64,000 bases of DNA from Callorhinchus milii (Eukaryota): positions 77,750,001 through 77,814,000 of the forward strand of contig NW_024704743.1 in the NCBI RefSeq assembly GCF_018977255.1. The letters are read 5' to 3'. Shown one piece after another: positions 26,345 through 39,260 of this stretch. Within the stretch, counting starts at the first letter, position 1; every line of letters begins with the position of its first letter. The notes beneath the pieces are model-generated. The model was given only the letters and a program-made list of their open reading frames with translations, made no database searches and was not told the DNA's origin. A program made the position numbers and the translations under genes.

Positions 26345-29300
26345 TGCAGTTGCTTCATGGAAGTTTCTTGGAAATTGGAAGATGGTGTCAGCTATCTTGG
26401 GATCATAAGGAGTTTCTTCCAAAAGATTGGGAACTGTTGGAACTGTTGGACACTGGGGGCTAAATTGTAAGCTTTGTGAAATGGTTTGTATATAGTGAAT
26501 CCGAAATGCTGTTTGCACGCCAATCTCCTTCTAGACCTGAGGCCACAATCCGAAAACCAAAACTAAAGCAAGCATCTGAGTGCAGTTCCAGAGAGACTTG
26601 CCTGAGTATCTGGAATCCAGGATCTTTTATTTACTAATCCTTTTGTGAATCTTGCAATTTAAAACCCAGGTCTGTAAAGACCATTCTTTCTCAAAATTTC
26701 AGACAAAATATAGAATTGTAGTAAATTCATATCAAATTTAGAAGCTGTCTTTTTTCCATTGTTCTTAAAGAAGAATCGGCATTTAGACTGAATTTAAGAA
26801 CATTCCACATTTCTGCACAACTTTAAAATTTAAGACAAAATGCCAGCTTCATATAATGGATCGAGACTATCCAGAATTTCAAGCTTCCATTGTTAATGGT
26901 TCATGAGTCAGTAAAAGGGGACCTCGCTGCATAGCTGCCTCCAGCTAAAAAAGGAAAGCAACTATCTGACCAGTAATGATGGCTAGCAATGACAGAATAT
27001 AAAGGTTCAAATTCCTGCAATGAATCCATCAACAAATCCATATTTCCCCAATGTCTGGAGGTGTACGGATTTTACAATACCAAAGCTGGTTTCTGCATCA
27101 AGGGACACCAGTGAAACTGAGTCCATCAATTCCCTGTATGCCATCACAAAACTGAGGAATTCGAACATATTGTTCAGATGATAACTACCTCTGAATAAAT
27201 CCCAATTGATCTCAGCAGTTAAGCATTGTAAAAGTCTTTCCTTACAAGAGACTGGAATGATGGCAAGGATCTAACAGTCTGAGTTGTGGCTGCCGCACAA
27301 TGATGGGTCTTTACCTGGCTGCAGATTAATTTTTAACATGTGTTAGAAACAGAATACATTAGGAAGACCTGAGGGATATGATTTATATCACACTCGTGGC
27401 ACTGTCAATAACTCACTTACAACTTCATCATCCATAGTTTGTCAGGTCTGCTCGCTCGTGGGGTATAAATCAGATCCAAGATTATGGCCTCAACGGTACG
27501 TTTACTGACCTGCCATTTTTCTTGCACTATCTTCTGCACATTGCATTCTGTATAACGTGAGGATCCACAGAAATATTAAAATAAACATATTTTACAAAAC
27601 TATTGGATTTGTCAATCATAAGCAACATTAATATCCATGCACGCACATACACAGCAGCAGCTATTGTGTTGTTCTGGAAATTTTCCAACTTACAATGCCA
27701 AAGTTATGGGTTGCAGTGTTTGTAAATATCAGGCTCCATACTACACAACAATTGCAAAGAATGAAATAGTTTAACAAGTACAATATTTAGGTATATACAT
27801 TTAATTCTAGTCTTTCCAATCTACAATGTTCTGACTGCCTGTTTGTCTGACATCAAGGACTGGATGAGCACCAACTTTCTGTAGATGAACTTGGACAAGA
27901 CAGAAGCCATCCTCTTTAGCTCCAGTTAACATTTTGTAACCTGCAGGTCTGAACTCCTTACGCTTTCCTACCTATCCCTCAGACTCCCCAAACATGTCTA
28001 CATCCTTGACATCAGGTTTGATCCCCAATTTTTCCTCCTACTGCACATCCAGTCCCCGACCAAGAGTAATATTGCTTTTTTCATCGGAAGAGAGTTAGGG
28101 TGCGACACACACACACAGAAAATAACAGTAAAGGGAAGAGGGGATACGTTTGGAATTTATTTGTAACTACTTGTGGAAAACTGGCTGGGTGTGACTCTCT
28201 GTTTTAGCTCTAAGTCTATGCTCCATACTGGAACATGGACATCCCTAACTGATGTCTCTGCTGCTAAACAGAGGGTATATCATATTTTTGATAGGAGGAA
28301 AATATAAGATGAAATTTGAACTGTTTGATAATGTGTTCCTAACGATAATCATTACCAATGATCGCGAAATGAAGTGTTGAAAGTTTCATTCTTTATGGTC
28401 TGGATAAACTCAGCTGTCAATCAATGCTTGCTCCCCCTGAGGCTGCCATCACCACCATGTTGATTTGTGAACCCTGAGCACTGGTGTTCTCTGCTGTGAT
28501 TGAGGCTGGTTTGCATTAAAAAAAACTCAGGCAAACCAACTTGATTTAGAATCTTGCTTTTTTTTAATATCTACTGACAATTGAGACAACCACCAAAAAG
28601 ATGAAGCAAAAAGTCTCATGCCTCATATCAGATTCACATGATAATTATCAGATTGAACCCGCTATGAACATTGCACCCCAATATATTGCGGTGATTCTAG
28701 GATAGTTACGAAATGCAAGCTGCTTCAAATTCATACTTTTCATTCTCAAAATGAAAAATCTTCAATGTCAACTCCTTCAGGACCGCACTGCTTCAGTTCT
28801 TTTCAAGCAGAGTGAAGCATGCTCCCCCAGCCCATTTCACTCGGCTGCAAGCAATCCTCATTGTTCTTACAGAATTCCCAAATGAGCTTCGCTGTTAGAC
28901 TTCTGCACTAGGGATTCGTTACTGGAGATGTGCAAATTGGATTCAGGCTATAGCAAATGATATCACAGGGAGAATAGGATTACACCAACTCCTAGCTGAG
29001 GAGCTCACTTGCTTTCTCACTCCACTTTTGTCCGGCAGTTGATATTTCATTAGAGAGAGCTGTTATACAGTGTGGGTTTGTCTTGGACGATTGTACGAGA
29101 GTTGTCTTATACATTAATGCTGATTGTAGCTGTTTTGAATGCTTGTGGAGATCACATCTAATACATCAATAGCTGTTGTTGGTGGTTTGATTCCAATTGG
29201 CCACAATCCATCGGTTGAGAGTTCTTCATTGAGGAACATAAACTAGTGCTTCATTTCAAGCAGAATCTTGCAACTAAGAGTGGCACAACCATTGGGGTGC

Positions 29301-29470
29301 ACCCAGGGCATAAAATGGATCATGAGAAGTAGTGCAGCAGAGATATTTGTCAAGCTGGTCATTCAAGTTATGCCTGCGCTCTTCTCCGTTCTCATTTCAA
29401 TTTTTTCACATCAGAGGCTGATTTAAAAAATCTTACAATAAGAGCACAGATTTCATGCTTCTTCTTCAAC
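26345..29470 (-). mobile_element. Highly degraded L1-clade LINE (ORF1 end, EN, RT, C-terminal), with deletions and insertions
   Basis: Hand translation of the minus strand: IVRFF (about 29430, ORF1-like), EAHL (28885), GVDI (28770), GKDPSLCGS (27300), DQLGFIQ (27200), SLDAETSF (27095), LGKYGF (27040), LYEAGIL for YADD (26845), CP..FW (26430), all in L1 order. Confidence 0.75.
27830..28070 (+). mobile_element. L2 RT fragment lying inside the L1 relic
   Basis: 'tgtttgtctgacatcaaggactggatgagcaccaactttctg...gacaagacagaagccatc' = CLSDIKDWMSTNFL..N.DKTEAI. Confidence 0.8.
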
Positions 29471-29475
29471 TTCTC

Positions 29476-30645
29476 TCCTCTCACACTGACCCCGCTCTCA
29501 CACTGACCTCTCACACTGACCCCGCTCTCACACTGACCTCTCACACTGACCCCGCTCTCACACTGACCTCTCACACTGACCCCGCTCTCACACTGACCTC
29601 TCACACTGACCTCTCACACTGACCCCGCTCTCACACTGACCTCTCACATTGACCCGGCTCTCACACTGACCTCTCACACTGACCCGGCTCTCACACTGAC
29701 CTCTCACACTGACCCCGCTCTCACACTGACCTCTCACACTGACCCCGCTCTCACACTGACCTCTCACATTGACCCCGCTCTCACACTGACCTCTCACACT
29801 GACCCCGCTCTCACACTGACCTCTCACATTGACCCCGCTCTCACACTGACCTCTCACACTGACCTCTCACACTGACCCCGCTCTCACACTGACCTCTCAC
29901 ACTGACCTCTCACACTGACCTCTCACACTGACCTCTCACACTGACCCCGCTCTCACACTGACCTCTCACACTGACCTCTCACACTGACCCCGCTCTCACA
30001 CTGACCTCTCACATTGACCCCGCTCTCACACTGACCTCTCACACTGACCTCTCACACTGACCCCGCTCTCACACTGACCTCTCACATTGACCCCGCTCTC
30101 ACACTGACCCCGCTCTCACACTGACCTCTCACACTGACCTCTCACACTGACCCCGCTCTCACACTGACCTCTCACACTGACCTCTCACACTGACCCCGCT
30201 CTCACACTGACCTCCCACACTGACCTCTCACACTGACCTCTCACACTGACCCCGCTCTCACACTGACCTCTCACACTGACCTCTCACACTGACCTCTCAC
30301 ACTGACCTCTCACACTGACCCCGCTCTCACACTGACCTCTCACACTGACCTCTCACACTGACCTCTAACACTGACCTCTCACACTGACCCCGCTCTCACA
30401 CTGACCTCTCACATTGACCCCGCTCTCACACTGACCCCGCTCTCACACTGACCTCTCACACTGACCCCGCTCTCACACTGACCTCTCACATTGACCTCTC
30501 ACACTGATCCCTCACACTGCCCCCCACTCTCACACTGACCTCTCACATCGACCCCCACTCTCACACTGACCTCTCACACTGACCCCGCTCTCACATTGAC
30601 CCTTCACACTGACCTCTCACACTAACCTCTCACAGTGACCTCGCT
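29476..30645. repeat. Minisatellite of interspersed 13-bp (CTCTCACACTGAC) and 17-bp (CTCTCACACTGACCCCG) units
   Basis: Directly visible tandem array of about 1.17 kb. Confidence 0.97.
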
Positions 30646-31599
30646 CCCGTACTAATCTTGCTGATCCCGCACTGGAACAACTCACTCAGTTTGCCCTATC
30701 GCTCCAAGTCATTTAATAATAATAATAATAATAATCCTTGCATTTGATATAGCGCTTTTCACGTCGGGAGGACGTCCCAAAGCGCTTCATTTATAGAGAT
30801 TACAAAAATTTGCAGCTCCAGGTTCCATCACTCCTGATTCCACAATCTGAAGTTTGGTGTCTGCATGGACCACTGATAAAATCACGGTTGGCTTTGCCCG
30901 CTTCTAAACAGAAATCAATAGAAACTTAACATTTTGAGGCGAAAATGGTGTTCCAGGCTAAGGCTAGGTGTATTTCAGTTCTGTTATTTTTTTCTAGTTC
31001 TTTGCTGTCCACAGTCTTCTGTTTAAAGTCGCGGTATCCCTTATCGCTGCTTTTAATCTCATGCATGTTCCTGAAATCTATATGAAATATGTACTGTATC
31101 TGTTTGAATCCAACCATGTTTTATATTTTATTGAAGTAATCCGCTTGCTGACAGTCATCATACTAACCAGCCAACAAGTGTGCAAGTGCTTCCACTTTGA
31201 TTGATTTTGAATGAGTGGAAACTGAGCTGGAAGCTAGTGCTGCTCTAAGTAAATTGGTGAGGAAGGGATATTGCAGCTTTCTAAAATAAATGGGTTATCC
31301 AATTTAAATGACATGTGATATCTGGTTTAAACAATACCAGATTGATAATTATTTTTTCTTCTGGATTTGCCTAAATACTTTGTTTTCGTTCCATTGTTCT
31401 GAAATCCCAATGTATACTGCCATATGTGAAATAGATCCAAGATATGGAATCTGGGTTTATGTTAATTTTAGCCAAACAAGATCAATTACACCCAATGTAA
31501 CAGATTTTAATAAACTCTCATAAAGAATCCAGCATCACTCAGGTATAGCATGAAAATGTCGACTGAGTTTAAAGCATCACATGATGTCAATGTAACTTA

Positions 31600-31835
31600 A
31601 GTGTTAGGCTCTGTATAAAGTTATAGAATACAAGGAAGCTATTCGGCCCATTGTGTCTGTGATCGTGCTAGCTTCCCTGCTGGAACTTTTTTCTCTAATC
31701 CCTTTCCTTGTTATTTTCCCTACACACATTAATATTGTGATTTGTAATTGGAGTTGAGGTACAGATCAGCTATGATCTAATAGAATGGTGAAATAGGCTC
31801 AAAGGGCTGAATGGCCTCCTCCTGTTCTTATGTTC
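31600..31835. mobile_element. CR1 3' UTR fragments in opposite orientations
   Basis: 'attcggcccattgtgtctgtg' (minus) and 'cagatcagctatgatctaatagaatgg...gggctgaatggcctcctcctgttcttatgtt' (plus). Confidence 0.6.
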
Positions 31836-32114
31836 CTTATATTAACACCCTTGAACAGAGGAACCAAAATCACTTGTATTTTATATTTTAAAGCTTGTTT
31901 AGTTAATAAGGCACAAAATTTTATTATGTATAAGTTCAGAAGTAATGGGCGAACATCTGTTTCTCTTGTTCCCAGCACTCTGGGACCTCCTCTCGATGTG
32001 AATGGCTCTATACAAATGCAATTTGCTGTTGTTGATTTCTTCCAGTATTTATTCCATTCATTTTTAAATTCTGACATTGACTTGGCTTCAATGGTCACTT
32101 ATGTCCTCATTATT

Positions 32115-32956
32115 ATAACAATAATTTATTCATTGCATTTGACATGGCATCTTATCATGTTATTAAGATGTCTCAAAGCGCTTCACAGGATGTACTAATA
32201 TAGTGATGTGACTGTGGACTTTGTGGGCGAAAGCAGCAGCCAATTTTCACACAGCAATGTGCCACAAACAGCTATGGAGTTAATCACCAATTTTGTTTTG
32301 GAGATTGTTGGGCGGGATACCAGGAGAAATTTCCTTCTCTTTTCAAATAGTGCCATGTGATCTTTTAACTTCCACCTGAACACCTCGAGTGTTGCATTAC
32401 AACAACAACAACAAGATTCCATTTATAAAGCGCCTTTCACGTCAGGAGGACGTCCCAAGGCGCTGCACAGTTGGGTCATGACCCGAGCAGGGGGGAAATG
32501 GTCAGGGTGAGGGGAGGGAAGGGAGGGAGCGAGGAGGGGGGAAATGGTCAGGGTGAGGGGAGGGAAGGGAGGGAGCGAGGAGTGGGAAGAGAGTCGAGAG
32601 GGGAGCTGAAGGCACGGTCAAAGAGAAAGGTTTTGAGACCGGCCTTGAAGGAGGAAAGGGAGGAGGCAAGGCGAAGGCACTGGGGGATGGAGTTCCAGAG
32701 CCTGGGGGCTGAGAGGCTGAAGGCCCGACCACCGATGGTAGGGCGGTTGGGGCGGGGGACGTGGAGCAGACCGGAGCCAGAGGAACGGAGGGTACGGGCA
32801 GGTAGGTAGGGGAATAGTAGGTTGGAGAGGTAGGAGGGAGCGAGGCCGTGATTAATTATATCATCTTAGATTATATGCGAGTTCCAAGACCTAGATGTGG
32901 AGCTTAGGACCCAGAGTCTGAGGCAAAAGTTCTTTCAACCGAGCCAGAATGACACA
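32115..32956 (-). mobile_element. Deu-domain SINE interrupted by an L2 fragment
   Basis: Tail and Deu part at 32115-32398; head remnant 'agtctgaggcaaaagttc...gagccagaatgacac' at about 32880-32956. Confidence 0.65.
32399..32850 (-). mobile_element. L2 3' fragment, relatively young
   Basis: Intact tail 'gcgcctttcacgtcaggaggacgtcccaaggcgctg'; GGRAFSLSAPRLWN on the minus strand; tandem duplication of about 46 bp in the 3' UTR (about 32489-32582). Confidence 0.9.
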
Positions 32957-33890
32957 CAGTTTGTTATTGATTGCTGATCAGTGGAAATAATCATTTTCAA
33001 TTTACTCAATCCAAACCATTCCTAATTTTGATTATCTATTAGATTCTCCCTTCTGTCTTCAAACCAACCTTATATGCTTCAGTGAAAACAATGTTTTATG
33101 GCTCTTCATATAGTCTATAATTTTGTATCCTGGTATTATCCTAATAAATCTTAAAGCCTGGTGATGTATATAGACAGCAAACTGAGAGGAGAGTCATACA
33201 GTCAAGGAAAATCATTTCAATGCACTATAATAGAACTTAATGGTAAAAAAAGCAAATGATCACCAAAAAAGGTATTGGAGCTGAGCTCAATCCTAATGTC
33301 CATGCCAGGAGACTTCCAGGAGGGTTCAAAGGGCTTCAAACTGTAAAGTGTAGAAACTGTATTATTAGGCAAGCATACTTCTAGTTGGAAGCTCCAAGCT
33401 CCAATGTCGCTTTAGTGTCGGAAGAGTCAAAACACTGAGACCAGTAGTAAACCTGCAGCATTTCCCAACGATGCTCTCGCCTGATATTCTGCTTGCTTTT
33501 ACACACGTTTCAATTTTCAGCAGAAGTACATTGTGCTGACTACTGAGGGCTTTGATCTGAAGGTGGAATGCTTTGCATTGAAGGTTCTATATCTTGTTTT
33601 ATTATTATTGAATTCATTTATAAAACATAGAAAGAATTTGCATTTATATAACACCTTTTAATATCAAATTGTCTTACGGAATTCATAATTAATTGGCCTA
33701 AAAAATACAGTTGATACACTTTATAGTATATCCTGTGATGCACTTTGAGATGTCTTTCTGAGATGTAAGGCACCATATCAAATGTAAAGATTATTATTAT
33801 CATCATTTTCACTATCATTTAAGGAACATGTTTTTGTAGATGAACGAGGCAGCTATTATGAACGGAACAAGGTTTCATAAGCAGCTGTAA

Positions 33891-34685
33891 TTGTATTTTG
33901 GAAGGAAGAAAGAGGAGAGGCAATATACAATTAATGGTACAGTTTTAAAGGGGGTACAGGAGCAGAGAGACTTGTGGGTTCACATAATCAGTTCTTTGAA
34001 GGTGGCAAGACACGTTGATAGAGCTGTTGAAAAAGCATATTTGATCTTTGGCTATATAAATAGAGACACTGATTACAAAGCGAGGAAGTTCTGCTACAAC
34101 TTTATAAGTCGTTGGTTAGGCTTCAGCTGGCATATTGTGTCCAATTCTATGCACCATACTTTAGGAAGAATATCACAGCTTTGGAGAGGGTGCAGAGGAG
34201 ATTTACCAGAATGGTACCAGGAATGAGGGACTTTAGTTATGTGGAGAGACTAGAGAAGCTGGGATTGTTCTCCTTAGAGCAGAGAAGGTTAAGGGGAGAT
34301 TTACTGGAGGTGTTCAAAATTATGAGGGATTTTGATAGAGTAGATAGGGAGAAACCGTTTCCACTAGCAGATGAGTCAGTAACCAGGAGATATAGATTTA
34401 AAATAATTAGCAAATGAACCAGAGGGGAGATGAGGAGACATTTATTTACATGGAGAGTTGTTATGTTCTGGAATGAACTGCCTGAAAGGGTGGTGAAAAC
34501 AGATTCAATAACAACTTTCATAAAGGAATTAAATAGGTACTTGAAAAGGAAAAAAATTGCAGTGATATGGGGAAAGAGCGGAGGAGTGGGACTGATTGGG
34601 TAGTTCTTCCAAAGCGCTGGCACAGGCATAATGGGCCGAATGACCTCCTTCTGTGCTGTAATATTCTATGATTCTCTGATTCTAA
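33891..34685 (+). mobile_element. CR1 3' fragment
   Basis: EQRDL, YCVQF, ALERVQRRFTRMVPG, LEQRRLRGDL; 3' UTR 'atgggccgaatgacctccttctgtgctgt' and (attct)-type tail. Confidence 0.92.
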
Positions 34686-36864
34686 CTCTGCCATTACCAT
34701 GCTACTGTACATGAAGTGTGGGCTCTATGTAAATACCAGCTGTTGGTGAATGACCGACGACAACAACAACAAAATGACATTTGTATAGCGCCTTTCACGT
34801 CGGGAGGACGTCCCAATATACTTGGAGGATTATTGGCCAGGATACCAGGATAAACTCGCTTTTCTTTCCAATGCATTGTGTGCCTGAAGAACAGGTAGGA
34901 TAAAGCATACAGAAAGAATAGTCCTATGCCCATAAGAGCAAGAGTGTTGCCAAAATTCACAGAATTCAGAAACACTCGAATCCTGCTTGGTTTCTATAGG
35001 GCTATACTGAAAATAAATCCACATACTGTATCTTGTTTCTGAGTTAGAACAGTCGGTGTAAGGAGCTGTTAAAAGGGTGCAAGAGCTTGTTTTGACACTA
35101 AAGTTTGGGTCTCATTTATATTCCATGGAAAAGTGAGAAAATTCAGAAACCACAAAACAGACCACTGTCAGGTTCACCACTATTGTGACAACTCCACCCT
35201 TGGGAATGTCTTAGGAAATATTGTGTGTTGTACACATCTGTGAGAAATCGTGTTACTGTCACACTTTTTTTTCCTGTACAGACTAGTAATCGTCAGGCGT
35301 AGCTTTTTTGGTTACCTGGGTATCTGACAAGTACGGGACCCCATCACCATACTTAAGAGTAACAGAGCCAGACTGAGAGTTCCACATTTGCATGGAAATT
35401 TCCCTGTGTCTGAAATGAAACGTGCACTCTTCCCCCCGGTGCAATGCACCCTGTTCACTTAATCCCAGGCATGAGTTTTATGGTGATAGTGGTGGTGCAG
35501 TTGGAGAGGAAAGGAGAAAATTGGCCCAAGTTCAAATTGGGCCAAGTAGCGACTTCATACAGCCTGCCACACAACAGCCAGTGCTACTAGTGAACGCGAA
35601 GAAAAATCCTACATTTCTCCGCCTTTGCTTAAGAGGCAGTGTCGGTCTTGTTGCTGTAATCAACACCAGAATGCTGTGGGTAAATAATATCCACCCACCT
35701 TGGGAGCTCCTGGGTAGAAAGTGTCAGGCCTGTGCTGCTTGATTAACTCTAGCAGCAAACAATCGAAGCTTAATAGATGGGGTGGCTTCAGGCATGAACC
35801 ACTGCAGCCTTATGAAAGCCACACAATTACCACAATCATTGCGATTTGTGAAACAGAAATCTATTAGTGTAGTTTGTAAAAGGGAGTCTAAGTCACAGAC
35901 AGACACAAACATAATTATAGTTATTACATTTTTTTCTAAGTAGTTATTTACAGTGCCTCAAAACTACAATCTGTTTTTATGCTGCAGCGCACCATGATTG
36001 TAGTTGTTGGCTGACATTTGCAAGGTTCCACTATTATTAAAAAGACGGATGCTTGCGAAGTACACGATCTACCAAAAAGCAAAATGAATTAAGCTGAGAG
36101 TGGTTGTGATTGTGCAGTGCATGGAAAGACTTGAGAGGGATCGATAGGTTTTAACTCTCAAGTGTCTACAGTGGAAGACAGTTCGCAGTTCATCCAAAGG
36201 AAAAAAAAGTTAAAGGTACCTTTTGCACTAGGAATTCCTTACTCCTAAAACAGAAGTTGCTGTGTGCATACAGCAACCAGGTCATAGTGCAGGAAAGTTT
36301 TAAATATAAGAGTCCATTGGAATAAGGGTTTTGGGTAGTTTCAATGGGCTAAAAAAAGTCTTGTTTTTTGGATGGGAACAGCTCCTTTTTCAGAGAATCT
36401 CAAAAAGTTTTATTGCAAATAGATTTAATTTTGCCAACATATTTGAAGATTTGAGCTGGTTTCTGTTCGTACACTGATTATTGGGGTTACAGGTAAGACA
36501 TTCCAATGACAAGAGATCTTTATTCATTCTGCTGGTCTGTAATGGGACAAACATTAACATTCTCAAGAACAGCGAAATCTCAGTAGACGACTATAGTCTG
36601 AGAGCGGTCGCTAAAGAAATTAATGAGCATAACAATTATACTGAAAGTAATGAAAGGTTTGTTTTATAGCCAATGTAAAATGAGTTGGTGTATTTTTTGG
36701 CAACATTTGCTTTCACTTACAATTTGTTCAGAAGTCACAGGAAGAATTCAGTAATGCACTCACAGTGCATGCACAGTGAATGCACTCTGTGGCCCTTTAG
36801 TTCTGGGCAAGAAACTGGGCCAAGGATTGAAAGTGTGAGAAGTGGAACAGATTAGCCAATACAT

Positions 36865-37091
36865 GGGGTAAAATTCCACCCTTGTCTGGATTTGCTCTAT
36901 TAACGTAGCATTTCAAAGTGTCCAGAATTTGGCAAATTGCTGAACTCAGTTTTAACTTTGAAGCTTGTTTTCCATATTTATTAAAAGGGACTTAGAGAAA
37001 AGCGGCTTCAAAATTAAGCACTGTGAAAATTCTGGACACACTGAAATTTACGTTAATAAAGTAAATCTAGATCCGGGTAAAGTTTCTTGCC
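36865..37091. mobile_element. Palindromic non-autonomous DNA element (MITE-like)
   Basis: Left 'tctggatttgctctattaacgtagcatttcaaagtgtccagaattt' pairs with right 'aaattctggacacactgaaatttacgttaataaagtaaatctaga'; inner arms 'tttgaagc' and 'gcttcaaaa'. Confidence 0.7.
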
Positions 37092-38639
37092 AACAGTATT
37101 TAGTATATCTTGCCAACAATGATTTATTACAGAATCAGATATAGTCTCAGCATTAATTCTGTCTAAGATCAGTCTACCCTAGTGGTTAGGGTGTTGCAGA
37201 AAAGAAACAGAGGATATTCTCTGGTACTGTGCATGCTTAAAGGTGAAGTGTACTTTGATATTTAAGTTCCATCAAACAGAAATTGCTCTTTACAGCATGA
37301 CTGTGGGGTTTATAATACAGGCAACTTGATCTCAAACAGGCCATGTCACTATTTGCTCTTTTAAACATTAAAATCTTTTTGGATATTTTTAAGAGGGAAT
37401 TATTGTATAAATATGTTTTCATGAGGAACCTTTTCTAGAGAGATTGTGCCAAATATGAATGTACATCTAATGTTAAACTTATAACAAAATCAATGTGTTC
37501 ACAACCACATGTGGCATTTGTAAACTGAATACAGTACATTCTCAGCAGTGTGTTGAGATATGCATGGTGACATGCCGTCAAAACAGGAATGGCTAACTTC
37601 AACAAAAGTATGGAGGTAAATGTTGCAATAGTTTCTGTTCCACGCATTATTTAGGACAAGGAATGGGTTAAGAAACACTGCAAATTTATTTCTTTACTTC
37701 ATCATTACCACTGTTCCAACATGTGTTCCCATATAGCTGCTCACCATTGCTAAAATAACAGGAAACCCAGACTTTATATGAGGGAATTAAACAAGGAGTT
37801 AAAGCTCTTTAGAGGGAAAATAACAATCACTTTCCAGTGGTCTGCCTCAGAAATTGGCTGTATAAAGGGCAGTGAACAGATTGTGCATGACACTGTGCGT
37901 TCCTTTAAAACTTATTTTGGATACTTCATACTAAATAAAGTCGGTTTCCTGTGTTTTTATTCTTTCACCAGCAAGAGACCAGTTGATCAGGAGGAGCAGA
38001 TGAGAAGGATCAGAGGCCAGGAGCAGTGCTAAGTTCAGGTACGTCTAGATTTAAGAAGCTGTTGTGCTAATTGGGTGATAGGAGCAAATTGGTGGGTTAC
38101 AATTGGTGCAAATTGGTTTCTTAACCTGTTTCTTGTTCTAATTAACACAAGAAATTGATAAGAAGTGACAGCAAATTTTACCCTATAATTTCATTTTTGC
38201 ACCGTTTATTTAAATGCACAGCAGACAGATCAACATCTAAAAGAGAAAGATTTGAGACTCATATCTCAGGGTACAGACAGATACTGATCATCCTCACATG
38301 TGCTTCTTTTCTAAGATTTATTTGGGGGCTTTTGAATAACATAGCAAGGTCCACAGCATGTGACGGGAGGAAAAATATATTAAAAAAGGGGGTGAAATTT
38401 GCCGTGTTTTATCACCCATTTGATGTTACATTATGCACAGAAGTAACACAAACACGCTTTACCCAAACTACAGTCATATTAAAAGATTATATAAATTAAA
38501 TCTTCAATTTTATTTATTTTCATGTGAAGGCTCTATACAAATTCAAGTTATTATCATTAGTGTTATAATGTAGAGTTATTGTAGTGAGAGTTTTTGACTA
38601 GGAATTGAGTCAATATTCTTCTGATCACTATATAGTGAT

Positions 38640-38970
38640 ACAATAATAATCTTTAGAATTGTTATAGTGCCTTTTACCTGGGAGGACATCCCAATGCACT
38701 TCACAGAATAAACTGTAAGGTGAAGTGACTGTTTAGTTTGTGGGCAAATGCAGCAGCCAATTTGCTCACAGCAATGACCCACAAATAGCCATGAAGTGAA
38801 AAACCAATTTTACTTGGGGGATTTGTTGAGCAGGACAGGTGTAATGTCACATCCAAAGGATGGCACCTTGTACAATTCGAACATCCCAGCACTGCACTGG
38901 AGTGTCAGCTTAGACTATGGTAAGTTCCAAGTCCCAACATGGTACTTGAAACCACAATATTCTGATTCAG
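38640..38970 (-). mobile_element. Deu-type SINE
   Basis: Reverse tail plus 'catccaaaggatggcacc...cagcactgcactggagtgtcagcttagacta'. Confidence 0.7.
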
Positions 38971-39059
38971 ACAATATAATTTACCATTCAATTTATATTT
39001 ATATAATGCTGTACCCATTGCATTTTCACACCTCAAAGAACTTCCTAATACTAGATGGG

Positions 39060-39260
39060 TACCCAAGCTATAGGTAGGAAACAAAGGGAGAGGGAATAGA
39101 AAAGATGACCAAAACCGTGGTCATAGAGATAGCTTTTGAGACATGCCTTGAAAGTCAGGAACAAGTATATCAGAGGAACTCCAGTTTGGAATTCCAGAGA
39201 ACAGAAGCAGAATGGCTAAAAACCCTTCTTCTGTTTGTGGAGCAGAGGGTGGAGGTGATT
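39060..39260 (-). mobile_element. Old L2 3' fragment
   Basis: 'atgaccaaaaccgtggtcatagagatagcttttgagacatgccttg...gaattccaga', reverse of WN..LK..LF. Confidence 0.55.

Noticed and set aside
27060..27200. Plus-strand SINSLYAI...NILFR.DN resembling DIRS/Ngaro RNase H, and minus-strand RHWG resembling a mononegaviral L protein
   Set aside because: The same bases are better explained by several collinear L1 RT motifs on the minus strand; no other DIRS or viral motifs were found
29392..29857. ORFs with RGQCESGVSV repeats; array as CRISPR-like or as V(D)J RSS
   Set aside because: Translation artefact of a minisatellite; no unique spacers; CACACTG is not the CACAGTG heptamer and no nonamer is present
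30926..31075. Minus-strand exon candidate (NMHEIKSSDKGYRDFK...)
   Set aside because: Plausible acceptor but no good donor and no recognisable protein
35521..35545. 9-bp hairpin TTGGCCCAA-7-TTGGGCCAA
   Set aside because: Short enough to occur by chance in 64 kb; no supporting context
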